NCBI GenBank assembly: GCA_944350315.1
Contig: CALVON010000019.1
Coordinates: 6,164 to 70,163 of the forward strand
From: an uncultured Bacilli bacterium
Lineage (GTDB): Bacteria; Bacillota_I; Bacilli_A; RF39; UBA660
DNA length: 64,000 nt
Direction: 5' to 3'
The notes beneath the pieces were generated by a model. The model was not told the origin of the DNA and searched no databases. It worked only from the letters and a program-made list of their open reading frames with translations. Made by a program: the position numbers and the translations under genes. This document shows positions 26,711 to 36,136 of this stretch, one piece after another (the stretch's first letter is position 1; each line of letters starts with the position of its first letter).

Positions 26711-27284
26711 CATCGTTTTAAATTTTCATGAAAATTACTATGAATTTTATGAATGGAAATCTTCTGATAAAATAATTAATATAAAAAGAATACCAATTTA
26801 TAGAGTAAATACAGAGGATTATTTAAATATAAAAAATAATGATGTGAGTATTGAAATTTCAAGTTTACCAAAGCAAAATAAAATGTTTCTAATTACTAAT
26901 GGAGCCGAAGTTATAGGTCTTATAATTAATAAAAATGGTAAAGTTATAAAAAAAAGTAGTCTAATATTAGAAGAATCAGACGATATTTTACAAGATAAAG
27001 ATTTAATAAAAAAAGTTAAGCTAAAATATAAAATAAATAAAATAAATAAAAATTATCATATCAGTAGAATTTCTCAAGAGAAAAAATTATATATAGAGAA
27101 ATATTTAAAAAATATTGACAAATTTAAAGATGAATATTTATTAAAATACATATATTATGAAATATATAATAAAGAAGAAAATAATTTAGATAAAATATAT
27201 AATAATTTATATGAATTGTACAAAGAAAATAAAAACAAATTATATGATGCACTAAAAAGAATAAATTTAGAATTAAAAAAATAA
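26694..27284 (+). CDS. YjbA/UPF0736-like protein
   Basis: The N-terminus MDYIYDIVLNFHENYYEFYEWKSSDKIINIKRIPIY parallels Bacillus YjbA (MLYLHDVWVNWFEG...FYEWRKDD...) as I recall it. AAGGAG RBS. Confidence 0.45.
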   Translation: MDYIYDIVLNFHENYYEFYEWKSSDKIINIKRIPIYRVNTEDYLNIKNNDVSIEISSLPKQNKMFLITNGAEVIGLIINKNGKVIKKSSLILEESDDILQDKDLIKKVKLKYKINKINKNYHISRISQEKKLYIEKYLKNIDKFKDEYLLKYIYYEIYNKEENNLDKIYNNLYELYKENKNKLYDALKRINLELKK

Positions 27285-27333
27285 AAGGTGAATATCATCA
27301 AATATTCGCCTTTTTAAGTATATATTTATATTT

Positions 27334-28482
27334 TTATTTAAATGAACTAATATATTCATTATAAGCATCATTAAATTTTGTATCAAAAAATTCTATATTA
27401 GCTTCTTCTCTCATATGGATTAAAGCCTTGTAATATAAATTCTCATCATCATTCTTTTTTTCATCAGCCAAAACTTCTCTAACTTCCTCTTTAACGCTAT
27501 CAAGTTCAGGTTTATCTTTTTGATCTATTTTATATACAATATGATATCCATAAGAAGATAAAACAGGACTCTTACTGTAAGTACCTACCTCTAGGTTTTT
27601 ACATTCCTCTAAATATGCACTATCTAAATTAGCATTGAATGCTTGATAACCAAGTTCTTCATCGATAATTTGATCTTTATATTCTGAAATAACATCATCC
27701 CAAGAAGTACCGCTATCAAGTTTTTCAATAATCTCTTGAGCTAATTTTTTAGCTTCTTCATCACTAAGGCCATTTTCCTCATCAATAGAAACCAAAATAT
27801 GTTTAGAATCAACATCTCCAAATACATCTTCTTCATAATATTTCTCTATCTCATCATCAGTAACTAATCCTAAAGCATAATCTTCATAGTATTTGTTTCT
27901 ACGATAATCTAGAGTTAAACTTTCAAGAAAACTTTCTTCATCTTGAAAGCCATATGCTTCTAGAAATTGTTCTTTGGTATAACCATAAGATTGTTCATAT
28001 ACAGAATAATAATATTCAGCTGTTGACTGTATTTCTTCCTTCATCTGTTCGTCTTCTTCATACATATTAGTTAAAATGACATCATCTATTAAATTTAATA
28101 AACTTTCAATAGAATAGCTTTCTTTAAGACTCTCATATAATTCATTAGCTGTAATAGATTCATCACCAATATTAACTATTGGTTGAGTACCATCTTTCAA
28201 TGTAGCAATTCTATCAGGCCATAAAATACATCTAAAAAGCAAAGTAGCTATTAAAAAACCTACAACGAATAAGATGATACTATTTCTATTATTATCAATT
28301 TTATTTAAAGAATTAATTACCTTATCTGTTTTTTTTGTATCATAAGTATTATGAACTTTTTTGTTTTCCTTAACTTTTTTCTTTTTATTATCAGATGCTT
28401 CTTTAATATCGTTAATTTCCTCTTTTTTTATTTCTTCTTCCTTTTTTTTATTTTGTGTTTTTTTAGCACTATTAGTAGCCAT
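27334..28482 (-). CDS. prsA: PrsA-like foldase / parvulin-type peptidyl-prolyl isomerase, membrane anchored
   Basis: Lys-rich N-terminus, one TM, a SurA-N-like helical region, and a PPIC-type domain (SKHILV...SYGYHIVYKIDQ). The start is set at MATNSAKK, preceded by AGGAG, rather than the upstream Met at 28539. Confidence 0.75.
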   Translation of the reverse strand: MATNSAKKTQNKKKEEEIKKEEINDIKEASDNKKKKVKENKKVHNTYDTKKTDKVINSLNKIDNNRNSIILFVVGFLIATLLFRCILWPDRIATLKDGTQPIVNIGDESITANELYESLKESYSIESLLNLIDDVILTNMYEEDEQMKEEIQSTAEYYYSVYEQSYGYTKEQFLEAYGFQDEESFLESLTLDYRRNKYYEDYALGLVTDDEIEKYYEEDVFGDVDSKHILVSIDEENGLSDEEAKKLAQEIIEKLDSGTSWDDVISEYKDQIIDEELGYQAFNANLDSAYLEECKNLEVGTYSKSPVLSSYGYHIVYKIDQKDKPELDSVKEEVREVLADEKKNDDENLYYKALIHMREEANIEFFDTKFNDAYNEYISSFK

Positions 28483-28671
28483 AACTATTCTCCTTTCTAA
28501 CACATAGAATATGATAACAAAAAATAATATAAAATTCAATAGTTATCCTAAAATATGGGATATAAACACACAATTCAAATATTTTACAAATAAAATAAAT
28601 TTAAATAATCACACTTTGAAAATATTACCATAAAATAAATGTGAAAAGACAAAAAAAGGAGGATTGTATAT

Positions 28672-28755
28672 ATGGGAAATTGTTGTGGTTCATCAGCTGC
28701 TATCGTTTTAGTTCTATTTATCTTATTAATAATTATACTAGGAGCATGGATATAA
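28672..28755 (+). CDS. YjcZ-like tiny transmembrane peptide (27 aa), not in the ORF track
   Basis: AAGGAGG at 28657-28663, 8 nt before the ATG. Product MGNCCGSSAAIVLVLFILLIIILGAWI matches the Gly/Cys-rich head plus LVLFILLIIxG core of the Bacillus YjcZ tiny-TM sporulation peptides. Confidence 0.6.
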   Translation: MGNCCGSSAAIVLVLFILLIIILGAWI

Positions 28756-28777
28756 TATAGCAAAGGAGGGTATAAAT

Positions 28778-28900
28778 ATGTCAACATGTAATAATACATG
28801 CCAAACTACAACCGTAAAAAGTTGTGGTAATGGTTATTTGATAGTACTAGTAATATATATATTATTAGCTATAATACTAGGATCTTGCTTTACTTTTTAA
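28778..28900 (+). CDS. YjcZ-like tiny transmembrane peptide (40 aa), not in the ORF track
   Basis: AAGGAGG at 28763-28769. Product MSTCNNTCQTTTVKSCGNGYLIVLVIYILLAIILGSCFTF. Confidence 0.55.
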   Translation: MSTCNNTCQTTTVKSCGNGYLIVLVIYILLAIILGSCFTF

Positions 28901-28966
28901 TATACTGTATTTATAAACATTAGTAGCTACTAATACTTAAAAATTAATAACTTAAAAAGATTACTA

Positions 28967-29344
28967 CTATTCGTTAGTAATCTTTTTATATACTTCATCA
29001 ATATCCATTGTCTTATCGTTACTATATTTTGGAATAATATGTAGATGAAAATGTTTTACATCTTGAGCTATTCCATTGTTTTGTAATATAGAATATCCAT
29101 CAGCATCTAAAACTGAAACAATTTTTTTACTTAAATTTTTACATATCTTCATTAAATTTAATAAATCATCATCATCTATTTCTTGAAAATCTAAAATATG
29201 CCTTTTAGGAACTACTAAAGTATGTCCAGGAGAACTAGGATTAATATCCAAAAAAGCAAGAACATTTTCATCTTCATATATTTTTTTACTAGGTATTTCA
29301 CCATTTATGATTTTACAAAAAATACATTCCACTTTCATCACCAA
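28967..29344 (-). CDS. HIT-family (histidine triad) nucleotide hydrolase
   Basis: CIFCKIINGEIPS N-terminus and the HFHLHIIP histidine triad. Confidence 0.9.
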   Translation of the reverse strand: MVMKVECIFCKIINGEIPSKKIYEDENVLAFLDINPSSPGHTLVVPKRHILDFQEIDDDDLLNLMKICKNLSKKIVSVLDADGYSILQNNGIAQDVKHFHLHIIPKYSNDKTMDIDEVYKKITNE

Positions 29345-29469
29345 TTAAATTGTATCAAATTCTTAACTATATGTCCATATTTACAAAAAAAATATAAAAT
29401 AAATTTAAATGGCTTGCATTTTACTAGATTAAATGATATTATAAAAATATAAAATAAAGGAGTGATATA

Positions 29470-30261
29470 ATGAACGATAGTAAAAGTAGAGATATATTTT
29501 ATGGAGTAGTAGCTATTGCAACTTTAATAGTAGCCGTAATTGGAGCGACTTTAGCATACTTTTCAATTACCGCAAATAGTGCTGAAGGAGCAGTAAATGC
29601 CCAAGCAGGAACCGTATCTATTTCTTATGATGATGGACAACAAGTAACAGCTCAAGCTGATGAGTTAATTCCATCTAGTTTCGAAGTAGTAAAAACAGCT
29701 TATGAAAGAAGTCAAAAAAGCTTTGGTTCAGATGGAGCTATGGCTAAAAATATTTGCTTAGACGATAATAATAGACAAGTTTGCAGTATTTATCGTTTTA
29801 GTATTGGTAGTGATAGTGAACGACAAATAATAGCTACACTAAACAGTGAACATAATGGTTTTTCAACTGGGCTTAGTTATGCAATATACTCTGTAAGTGG
29901 TGACTATGCAAGTAATGAAGAAAGATGGCAAATATTAGATGATGAGACATCAGCAAAAAAATTGACAATTAACTATTGTGACAATGATGATGAAGATCCT
30001 ACAAATTATTGCTATAATACAAGTCTAGGAGTAAAGGACTACGGAGAAAATTCAAATTCTATTTTTGGTTATGATACAGATGGTATGAAGTCAAAAAGTA
30101 TTGGTGCTGATGAAACACAAACTTATGATTTAGTAATTTTCCTAAATGAAAATGACCAAGAACAAAATATTGATCAAGGTAAAAGCTTCCGAGGAACAAT
30201 TATTGTTAAAGTCATTGATAGTGGACTAGATGATGGAAAAATAACTGGAACAATTAACTAA
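29470..30261 (+). CDS. TasA/camelysin-like secreted protein with a SipW-type signal peptide (paralogue 1)
   Basis: N-terminus ...VAVIGATLAYFSITANSAEGAVNAQAGTVSISY fits the SipW-cognate signal pattern (GTxAYFsD...N.f.aGtl.l). The C-terminal strand pattern ...DLVIFLNENDQEQNIDQGKSFRGTIIVKV parallels the TasA C-terminus. Confidence 0.6.
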   Translation: MNDSKSRDIFYGVVAIATLIVAVIGATLAYFSITANSAEGAVNAQAGTVSISYDDGQQVTAQADELIPSSFEVVKTAYERSQKSFGSDGAMAKNICLDDNNRQVCSIYRFSIGSDSERQIIATLNSEHNGFSTGLSYAIYSVSGDYASNEERWQILDDETSAKKLTINYCDNDDEDPTNYCYNTSLGVKDYGENSNSIFGYDTDGMKSKSIGADETQTYDLVIFLNENDQEQNIDQGKSFRGTIIVKVIDSGLDDGKITGTIN

Positions 30262-30263
30262 TA

Positions 30264-30292
30264 AAAAGCATAAAATATTGCTTTTTTTTTTT
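30264..30292 (+). terminator. Rho-independent terminator after paralogue 1
   Basis: AAAAGCA (30264-30270) / TGCTTTT (30279-30285) followed by a T-run of at least 10 nt. Confidence 0.65.
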
Positions 30293-30324
30293 ATTTAGTG
30301 TATTATTATAATAGGTGATAATGT

Positions 30325-30885
30325 ATGGTGGAAAATAGCACAGAAAAGAAAAAAGTATTTTATATGATAGTACTTATCCTAACACTTGTTGCTATGATTA
30401 TCGGAGCAACATTAGCATATTTTTCATTAGTATCAAGTCAAAAAGAAGAAGGAACCATTTTATACACTGGTACACTAGAAATAAACTATATAGATGGTGT
30501 TTATATAAAAAATCCAACGCTATATCCTCTAAATAATGTCAATTATTATACTTATGATAATGTTTATCGAAATAGTTTTATCGTCAAAAGCTCAGGTACA
30601 TTAGATCAAACGCTTAAAATGGATTTGAATATATCAAAAAATGAATTTAATAAAGATGCTTTAAAATATGTTATATATAATGATAAAGGATATGAAATGG
30701 GGCAAGGATATGTCCCTAATAGTGGAAGTGTTAATATTGCCAATAACATGTATTTAAAAAGTAATGATTCAGCTCGCTATACATTAATTATTTGGTTAGA
30801 CAATACTAATTATAATCAAAATTTTGAAATGGGAAATACTGTTACTGGAAGTATAAGTATCAATGCCACACAAATTAAATATTAA
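30325..30885 (+). CDS. TasA/camelysin-like secreted protein with a SipW-type signal peptide (paralogue 2)
   Basis: ...IIGATLAYFSLVSSQKEEGTILYTGTLEINY. The C-terminus YTLIIWLDNTNYNQNFEMGNTVTGSISINATQ parallels TasA ...QNKYQGNSIKLQFSFEATQ. Confidence 0.6.
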   Translation: MVENSTEKKKVFYMIVLILTLVAMIIGATLAYFSLVSSQKEEGTILYTGTLEINYIDGVYIKNPTLYPLNNVNYYTYDNVYRNSFIVKSSGTLDQTLKMDLNISKNEFNKDALKYVIYNDKGYEMGQGYVPNSGSVNIANNMYLKSNDSARYTLIIWLDNTNYNQNFEMGNTVTGSISINATQIKY

Positions 30886-30899
30886 ATGGAGATGATTAA

Positions 30900-32519
30900 A
30901 TGGAAAAGCTACCGGCTAAGCAAATATATTTATTAAGCATAATTATTATAGGAATTATTGCTTTATCTGTTTATTCAACTTATGCTATTTTTACATTTGA
31001 AGGACAAACATCAAATATTGTTAGTCTATATACTCCAAATTCATTAAACATTAGCGAAGAAATATCAGAGTATCGTCAGACAAAAATTGCTAAAAATTCA
31101 TATATAACAACAGATATAGATATATACAATACATATGATTATGAAATATGTTATAGTGTATGGTATCAAATATTAGATGGTGAATTCGATAAGTCATTAA
31201 TAAAAATATATCAAGTAAATAATTCATCATCAGGAAGTATTGAAGCATTAAAAAGCCAGCGAATAAAATTGCTTATCATTAATGATAATGATGTTGAAGT
31301 CAAACTAAAAGTAGGGATTGCTACTGCTAAAAACGAAAATACTTGCACACTAAATATAAATGAAAATAAAAATTTAGTAAAAGATAATATTGAAAACTAT
31401 CAAGAACTAACAACATTGATAAAAAATGATACTGTTGCTATAACTGAAGAACAAGGATATCTAGTATACAAAAGTAAAAACGATGATGATATAATATTAG
31501 AAGACGAAAAGATATATATTGCAAATGAATATACATATGATAATGAAATATTTACTTTAGTAAATCCTATCAGTATTGACATTATAAATATTAATAATTA
31601 TCAAAGTAATGATGATAAAAACTATTATACATGTCTAGATGAATCAACATGTAAATTTCTATATAAAATAAATCAAACAGAGAAACAAACTGTAAAAAAT
31701 GAAACAACTGTATTTTCTGAAGATATCTATAAAATAATTGATTATGACACTTATAAAGGATATTCTAAAACAACTTCAGGAGTAAAGAAGATAGTAAAAA
31801 AAGATATAGAAAATTACCTTTATTATGGTGATAATCCTCATAATTTTATTTACTATAATTGTCTTGATAATTCAGATAAAAATAGTTGTGAATTATGGAG
31901 AATTATTGGTACATATTATGACACAGAAACGGGAGAATATTATACTAAAATAATAAGAAATGAATCAATTGGAACGTATCAATATAACAATATAGATGAT
32001 AATTTATGGAATAATTCCCCTTTACTAAAATATTTAAATACAGAATATGAATTAAATAATATAGAGTATCTTTATGAACCAAAATACTTTCAAGAGTCAA
32101 TAAGTGATTTTGAAAATAAAATAGAAGATATAAAAATTTTAAATAATGAAATAAGCTCAAAAGTAAATATAATGAGCTTAACAGATTATTTATTATCTTC
32201 TTCTTGCAATAAAGAAACAATTAATCAATATACTAAAGAATGCTTAACAAATAATTGGTTAAATAATAATGACAACCCATATTGGACATATACTTTAAAA
32301 ACGAATACTAAAATAGTAGAAGAAAGTCAACAAGATGAACAAGAAGATGATAATTTAGAAGACATAGTTTTAAACAATCAAATTATTTCTGTATCAGATA
32401 CTATAAACATAAATTATGCTAAAGAACAATTAGCAGTAAGACCAGTAGTTTACCTTAAATCTAGAATGTTAGTAGTAGAAGGCACTGGAACCCTAGAAGA
32501 TCCTTATATTATAAAATAA
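30900..32519 (+). CDS. Large secreted protein with a degenerate SipW-type signal and a TasA-like N-domain plus a ~350-aa C-terminal extension
   Basis: ...ALSVYSTYAIFTFEGQTSNIVSLYTPNSLNIS. The C-terminal part contains LWNNSPLLKYLNTEYE...MSLTDYLLSS (a DUF6273-like pattern) and ends with GTGTLEDPYIIK. Confidence 0.5.
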   Translation: MEKLPAKQIYLLSIIIIGIIALSVYSTYAIFTFEGQTSNIVSLYTPNSLNISEEISEYRQTKIAKNSYITTDIDIYNTYDYEICYSVWYQILDGEFDKSLIKIYQVNNSSSGSIEALKSQRIKLLIINDNDVEVKLKVGIATAKNENTCTLNINENKNLVKDNIENYQELTTLIKNDTVAITEEQGYLVYKSKNDDDIILEDEKIYIANEYTYDNEIFTLVNPISIDIININNYQSNDDKNYYTCLDESTCKFLYKINQTEKQTVKNETTVFSEDIYKIIDYDTYKGYSKTTSGVKKIVKKDIENYLYYGDNPHNFIYYNCLDNSDKNSCELWRIIGTYYDTETGEYYTKIIRNESIGTYQYNNIDDNLWNNSPLLKYLNTEYELNNIEYLYEPKYFQESISDFENKIEDIKILNNEISSKVNIMSLTDYLLSSSCNKETINQYTKECLTNNWLNNNDNPYWTYTLKTNTKIVEESQQDEQEDDNLEDIVLNNQIISVSDTININYAKEQLAVRPVVYLKSRMLVVEGTGTLEDPYIIK

Positions 32520-32522
32520 TAA

Positions 32523-32554
32523 AAAGAGCAACCATTAAAAATTGTTCTTTTTTA
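32523..32554 (+). terminator. Rho-independent terminator after the TasA-like locus
   Basis: AAAGAGCAA (32523-32531) pairs with TTGTTCTTT (32542-32550), including one G-U pair, followed by a T-run. Confidence 0.55.
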
Positions 32555-32633
32555 CTATTCTTTTAAAATATTAAAAATACTTTTATTAATTTATTAAAAA
32601 TTTATGATATTATATATATAAGGATGTGATATC

Positions 32634-35195
32634 ATGAAAAAAGTAATATTAGTAGATGGTAATAACTTAATGTTTAGAAGTTTCTATGCAACATTATATT
32701 CAGGTAGTATAATGACAAACAAAGAAGGATTTCCAACAAATGCTCTATATGGATTTGTCAATATGATAAATAAAATAGTAAATGAAGAAAAACCAGAATA
32801 TATCATGGTGGCTTTTGACATTGGAAAAACCTTTCGCCATGAAAAATATGACTACTACAAAGGAAAAAGAGATGAAACACCTGATGACTTAAAAAAACAA
32901 TTTCCTATTGCAAAAAAGATTTTAACCGCTATGGGAATTAAATATTTTGAAATAAATGGTTATGAAGCTGATGATATTATTGGTACATTTGCTAAAAAAA
33001 TAGATGAAACTCCAGAGTTTATTGGAACAATTGTCAGCAGTGATAAAGATTTATTGCAACTAATTTCTGACGATGTTGAAGTAAAATTATTAAAACAAAA
33101 AGATTATATTAGAATGAATAAAGAACAATTTTATAGTACTTACGGTCTTGAGCCAATAAAAATGATCGATTTAAAATCATTAATGGGAGATCCATCTGAT
33201 AATATACCAGGAGTAAAAGGTATAGGGGAAAAAACAGCTATTAAATTATTACAGCAATATAAAACATTAGATGGCGTATATCAAAATATTGATAATATAA
33301 AAGGAGCAAATCATGATAAACTAGTTAATGATAAGGAAAATGCTTACATGTCATATGATATTGCCACAATTTATAAAGAAGTACCAATAGATACTGATTT
33401 AGAAAAATTAAAATATAAAAAAGAAGATACAGAAGAGTTAATAAATATTTATAATGATTTAAACTTCTATTCATTCTTAAAAAAAGCAACTATTTCTGAA
33501 ACAAACAATAATTTAATTTATGATGTCGTAAATAACCTTGAAAATATTAAACTGTCTGGCAATGTCGCCATTAATCTAGATTTAGATAATGATAATTACC
33601 ACCATGCAACTATCTTAGGACTTAGTATCTATAATGAAAAAACTGCCATATACATAAAAGGAAAAGATTTAATTAATACTAATTTTTTAAAAGATATTAA
33701 TATTTATACCTATAATTATAAGAAATTATATTCTGTCTTTAAAAGAAATAACCTATATATTCCTACCTGTACATTTGATACTATGTTAGCAGCCTACCTC
33801 CTAAATTATACTGTAAAAGACGATATTGGTTATTTAGCTAGTGCTCTAAACTATGATATTAAGATTTATGATAAGAAAGAATTATTAAGTGAAGAGGAAA
33901 TTCAAATAAGAAGTGTTTGTAAAGCAAAATTTATTTATGAAACATATGATAAACTAAAAAATGATTTAATTAAAAATAATCAATTAGAATTGTTTGAAGA
34001 AATTGAGTTACCTTTATCCGAAGTCCTAGCTAAAATGGAACTAAATGGTATTTCTGTAGATAAAACAATTCTTGAGGATATGAAAGAAAATATAAAAGAA
34101 AAAATATTATCAGTAAGTGAAGAAATATATAAATATGCTAATCATGAATTTAATATTTCTTCACCTAAACAGTTAGGAGAAGTCTTATTTGATGAATTAA
34201 AATTACCATATGCCAAAAAGAATAAAACCGGCTATGTTACTGATGCAAATGTTTTAAGTAAATTGATTGAATACCCAATAGTTAAATTGATTTTAGAATA
34301 CAGACTTTTAAATAAACTATATACAACTTATCTTGAAGGAATTTTAAATGCCGTTTCTGAAGATGGAAAAATTCATACTATATATACTCAAGCATTAACA
34401 AGAACAGGAAGATTATCATCAATTGAACCTAATTTACAAAATATACCTGTGAGAAATGAATTTGGAAGATTAATAAGAAAAGCTTTCATACCTGAAAAAA
34501 ATTCCCTTATTATGTCATCAGATTATTCACAAATAGAATTAAGAATTTTTGCTCATCTTTCTAATGTAAAAGAACTTATCGAGGCATTTAATAACCATCT
34601 TGATATTCACACAAAAACCGCCATGGATATTTTTCACGTTTCATCAAGTGAAGTAACTAAAAATATGAGACGCCAAGCAAAAGCGGTAAACTTTGGAATT
34701 CTTTATGGAATTAGTGCCTATGGTCTCGCAGAAGACATTGGCATTTCTCCAAAAGAAGCCAAAAAGTTTATTGAAAAATATTTTGAAACTTATCCCGGAA
34801 TAAAAAATTATATGGATAAAGAAATTGCTGAAGCACATCAAAATGGTTTTGTTAAAACAATAATGAATAGAACTAGAACAATTGAAGAGTTAACCAGTTC
34901 CAATTATATGCAAAGAAGTATGGGAGAACGCATGGCACTAAATACGCCAATTCAAGGAAGCAGTGCCGATATCTTAAAAAAGGCAATGGTCGAAATAGAC
35001 CGAGCATTTACAAAAAAGAATTTAAAAAGTACTATGCTTTTGCAAGTGCATGATGAATTAATTTTTAATGTCTTGTTAAATGAAAAAGATATTGTTCATG
35101 AAATAGTTAAAAATATTATGGAAAATACAATAAAGTTAAATGTACCCTTAGAAGTTGATATTGAATTTGGAAATAATTGGTATGATGCAAAATAG
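32634..35195 (+). CDS. polA: DNA polymerase I
   Basis: 5'-nuclease domain (VILVDGNNLMFRSFYA, GVKGIGEKTA). Polymerase motifs SSDYSQIELRIFAH, RRQAKAVNFGILYG, QVHDEL. Confidence 0.97.
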   Translation: MKKVILVDGNNLMFRSFYATLYSGSIMTNKEGFPTNALYGFVNMINKIVNEEKPEYIMVAFDIGKTFRHEKYDYYKGKRDETPDDLKKQFPIAKKILTAMGIKYFEINGYEADDIIGTFAKKIDETPEFIGTIVSSDKDLLQLISDDVEVKLLKQKDYIRMNKEQFYSTYGLEPIKMIDLKSLMGDPSDNIPGVKGIGEKTAIKLLQQYKTLDGVYQNIDNIKGANHDKLVNDKENAYMSYDIATIYKEVPIDTDLEKLKYKKEDTEELINIYNDLNFYSFLKKATISETNNNLIYDVVNNLENIKLSGNVAINLDLDNDNYHHATILGLSIYNEKTAIYIKGKDLINTNFLKDINIYTYNYKKLYSVFKRNNLYIPTCTFDTMLAAYLLNYTVKDDIGYLASALNYDIKIYDKKELLSEEEIQIRSVCKAKFIYETYDKLKNDLIKNNQLELFEEIELPLSEVLAKMELNGISVDKTILEDMKENIKEKILSVSEEIYKYANHEFNISSPKQLGEVLFDELKLPYAKKNKTGYVTDANVLSKLIEYPIVKLILEYRLLNKLYTTYLEGILNAVSEDGKIHTIYTQALTRTGRLSSIEPNLQNIPVRNEFGRLIRKAFIPEKNSLIMSSDYSQIELRIFAHLSNVKELIEAFNNHLDIHTKTAMDIFHVSSSEVTKNMRRQAKAVNFGILYGISAYGLAEDIGISPKEAKKFIEKYFETYPGIKNYMDKEIAEAHQNGFVKTIMNRTRTIEELTSSNYMQRSMGERMALNTPIQGSSADILKKAMVEIDRAFTKKNLKSTMLLQVHDELIFNVLLNEKDIVHEIVKNIMENTIKLNVPLEVDIEFGNNWYDAK

Positions 35196-35209
35196 AAAGA
35201 AGTGATAAA

Positions 35210-36025
35210 ATGCCTGAATTACCAGAAGTAGAAACTGTCAAAAATGGATTAATAGAAAAAGTAAAAGGTAAAAAGATAATTTCTTGTGAAGTTAAATATT
35301 TAAAAATAGTAGAATATCCTCAAGTTGAAAGATTTATTAAAAATATTGCTAATCAAACGATTGAAGATATTAAAAGAAGAGGAAAATTTATAATTTTTGA
35401 ACTAGATGATTATTTATTAATATCACACTTAAGAATGGAAGGAAAATATTTCATAAAAAACAAAGAAGAGGTAAAAGATAAACATGATCACATAATATTT
35501 AGCTTAGATGATAACCAAGAACTACGATATAATGATACTAGAAAATTTGGAAGAATGTATTTAGTAGAAAAAGATAAAATATCATTAACACCAATATCTA
35601 AATTAGGATTAGAACCATGGGATTTAAAATTAGATGCTAACTATTTACAAAAAAAGACAAATAAAAAGAAAGCTATTAAATCATTATTATTAGATCAAAG
35701 TATTATTGCAGGAATTGGTAACATTTATGCTGATGAAATTTTGTTTATGTCAAAAATAAACCCTTGTAAATATGGAAAGGATTTGACTCATAAAGAATTA
35801 AATGCAATAATTAAAAACACGCAAATAGTCTTACAAAAGGCCATATCATTAGGAGGAACAACAATCCATAGTTATACATCAGTAAATGGAATAACAGGAA
35901 GATTTCAGCAAGAACTTTTAGTCCATGGAAAAAAAGGTTTGCCTTGTCCAAATTGCCATACCGAAATAGAAAAAATAACAGTAAATACAAGAGGAACCTA
36001 TTATTGCCCTAAATGTCAAAAATAA
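35210..36025 (+). CDS. mutM: Formamidopyrimidine-DNA glycosylase
   Basis: MPELPEVETV N-terminus, H2TH region, C-terminal zinc finger CPNC...CPKC. polA-mutM synteny as in Bacillus. Confidence 0.95.
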   Translation: MPELPEVETVKNGLIEKVKGKKIISCEVKYLKIVEYPQVERFIKNIANQTIEDIKRRGKFIIFELDDYLLISHLRMEGKYFIKNKEEVKDKHDHIIFSLDDNQELRYNDTRKFGRMYLVEKDKISLTPISKLGLEPWDLKLDANYLQKKTNKKKAIKSLLLDQSIIAGIGNIYADEILFMSKINPCKYGKDLTHKELNAIIKNTQIVLQKAISLGGTTIHSYTSVNGITGRFQQELLVHGKKGLPCPNCHTEIEKITVNTRGTYYCPKCQK

Positions 36026-36064
36026 GTACTAATAGTTATTTTATAAGTACTAATAGTTATTTTA
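36023..36064 (+). repeat. Perfect 21-bp tandem duplication starting at the mutM stop codon
   Basis: TAAGTACTAATAGTTATTTTA at 36023-36043 is repeated exactly at 36044-36064. Confidence 0.95.
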
Positions 36065-36136
36065 TCTTTCTTTACTAATATTTGTTATTTTGATATAATT
36101 AATGAAAGAAATATAGAACATATAAGGTGATTAACC

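Noticed and set aside
28584-28799. 71-aa minus-strand ORF
   Set aside because: It is antisense to two short plus-strand ORFs that have perfect AAGGAGG sites and YjcZ-like products. It has no RBS of its own.
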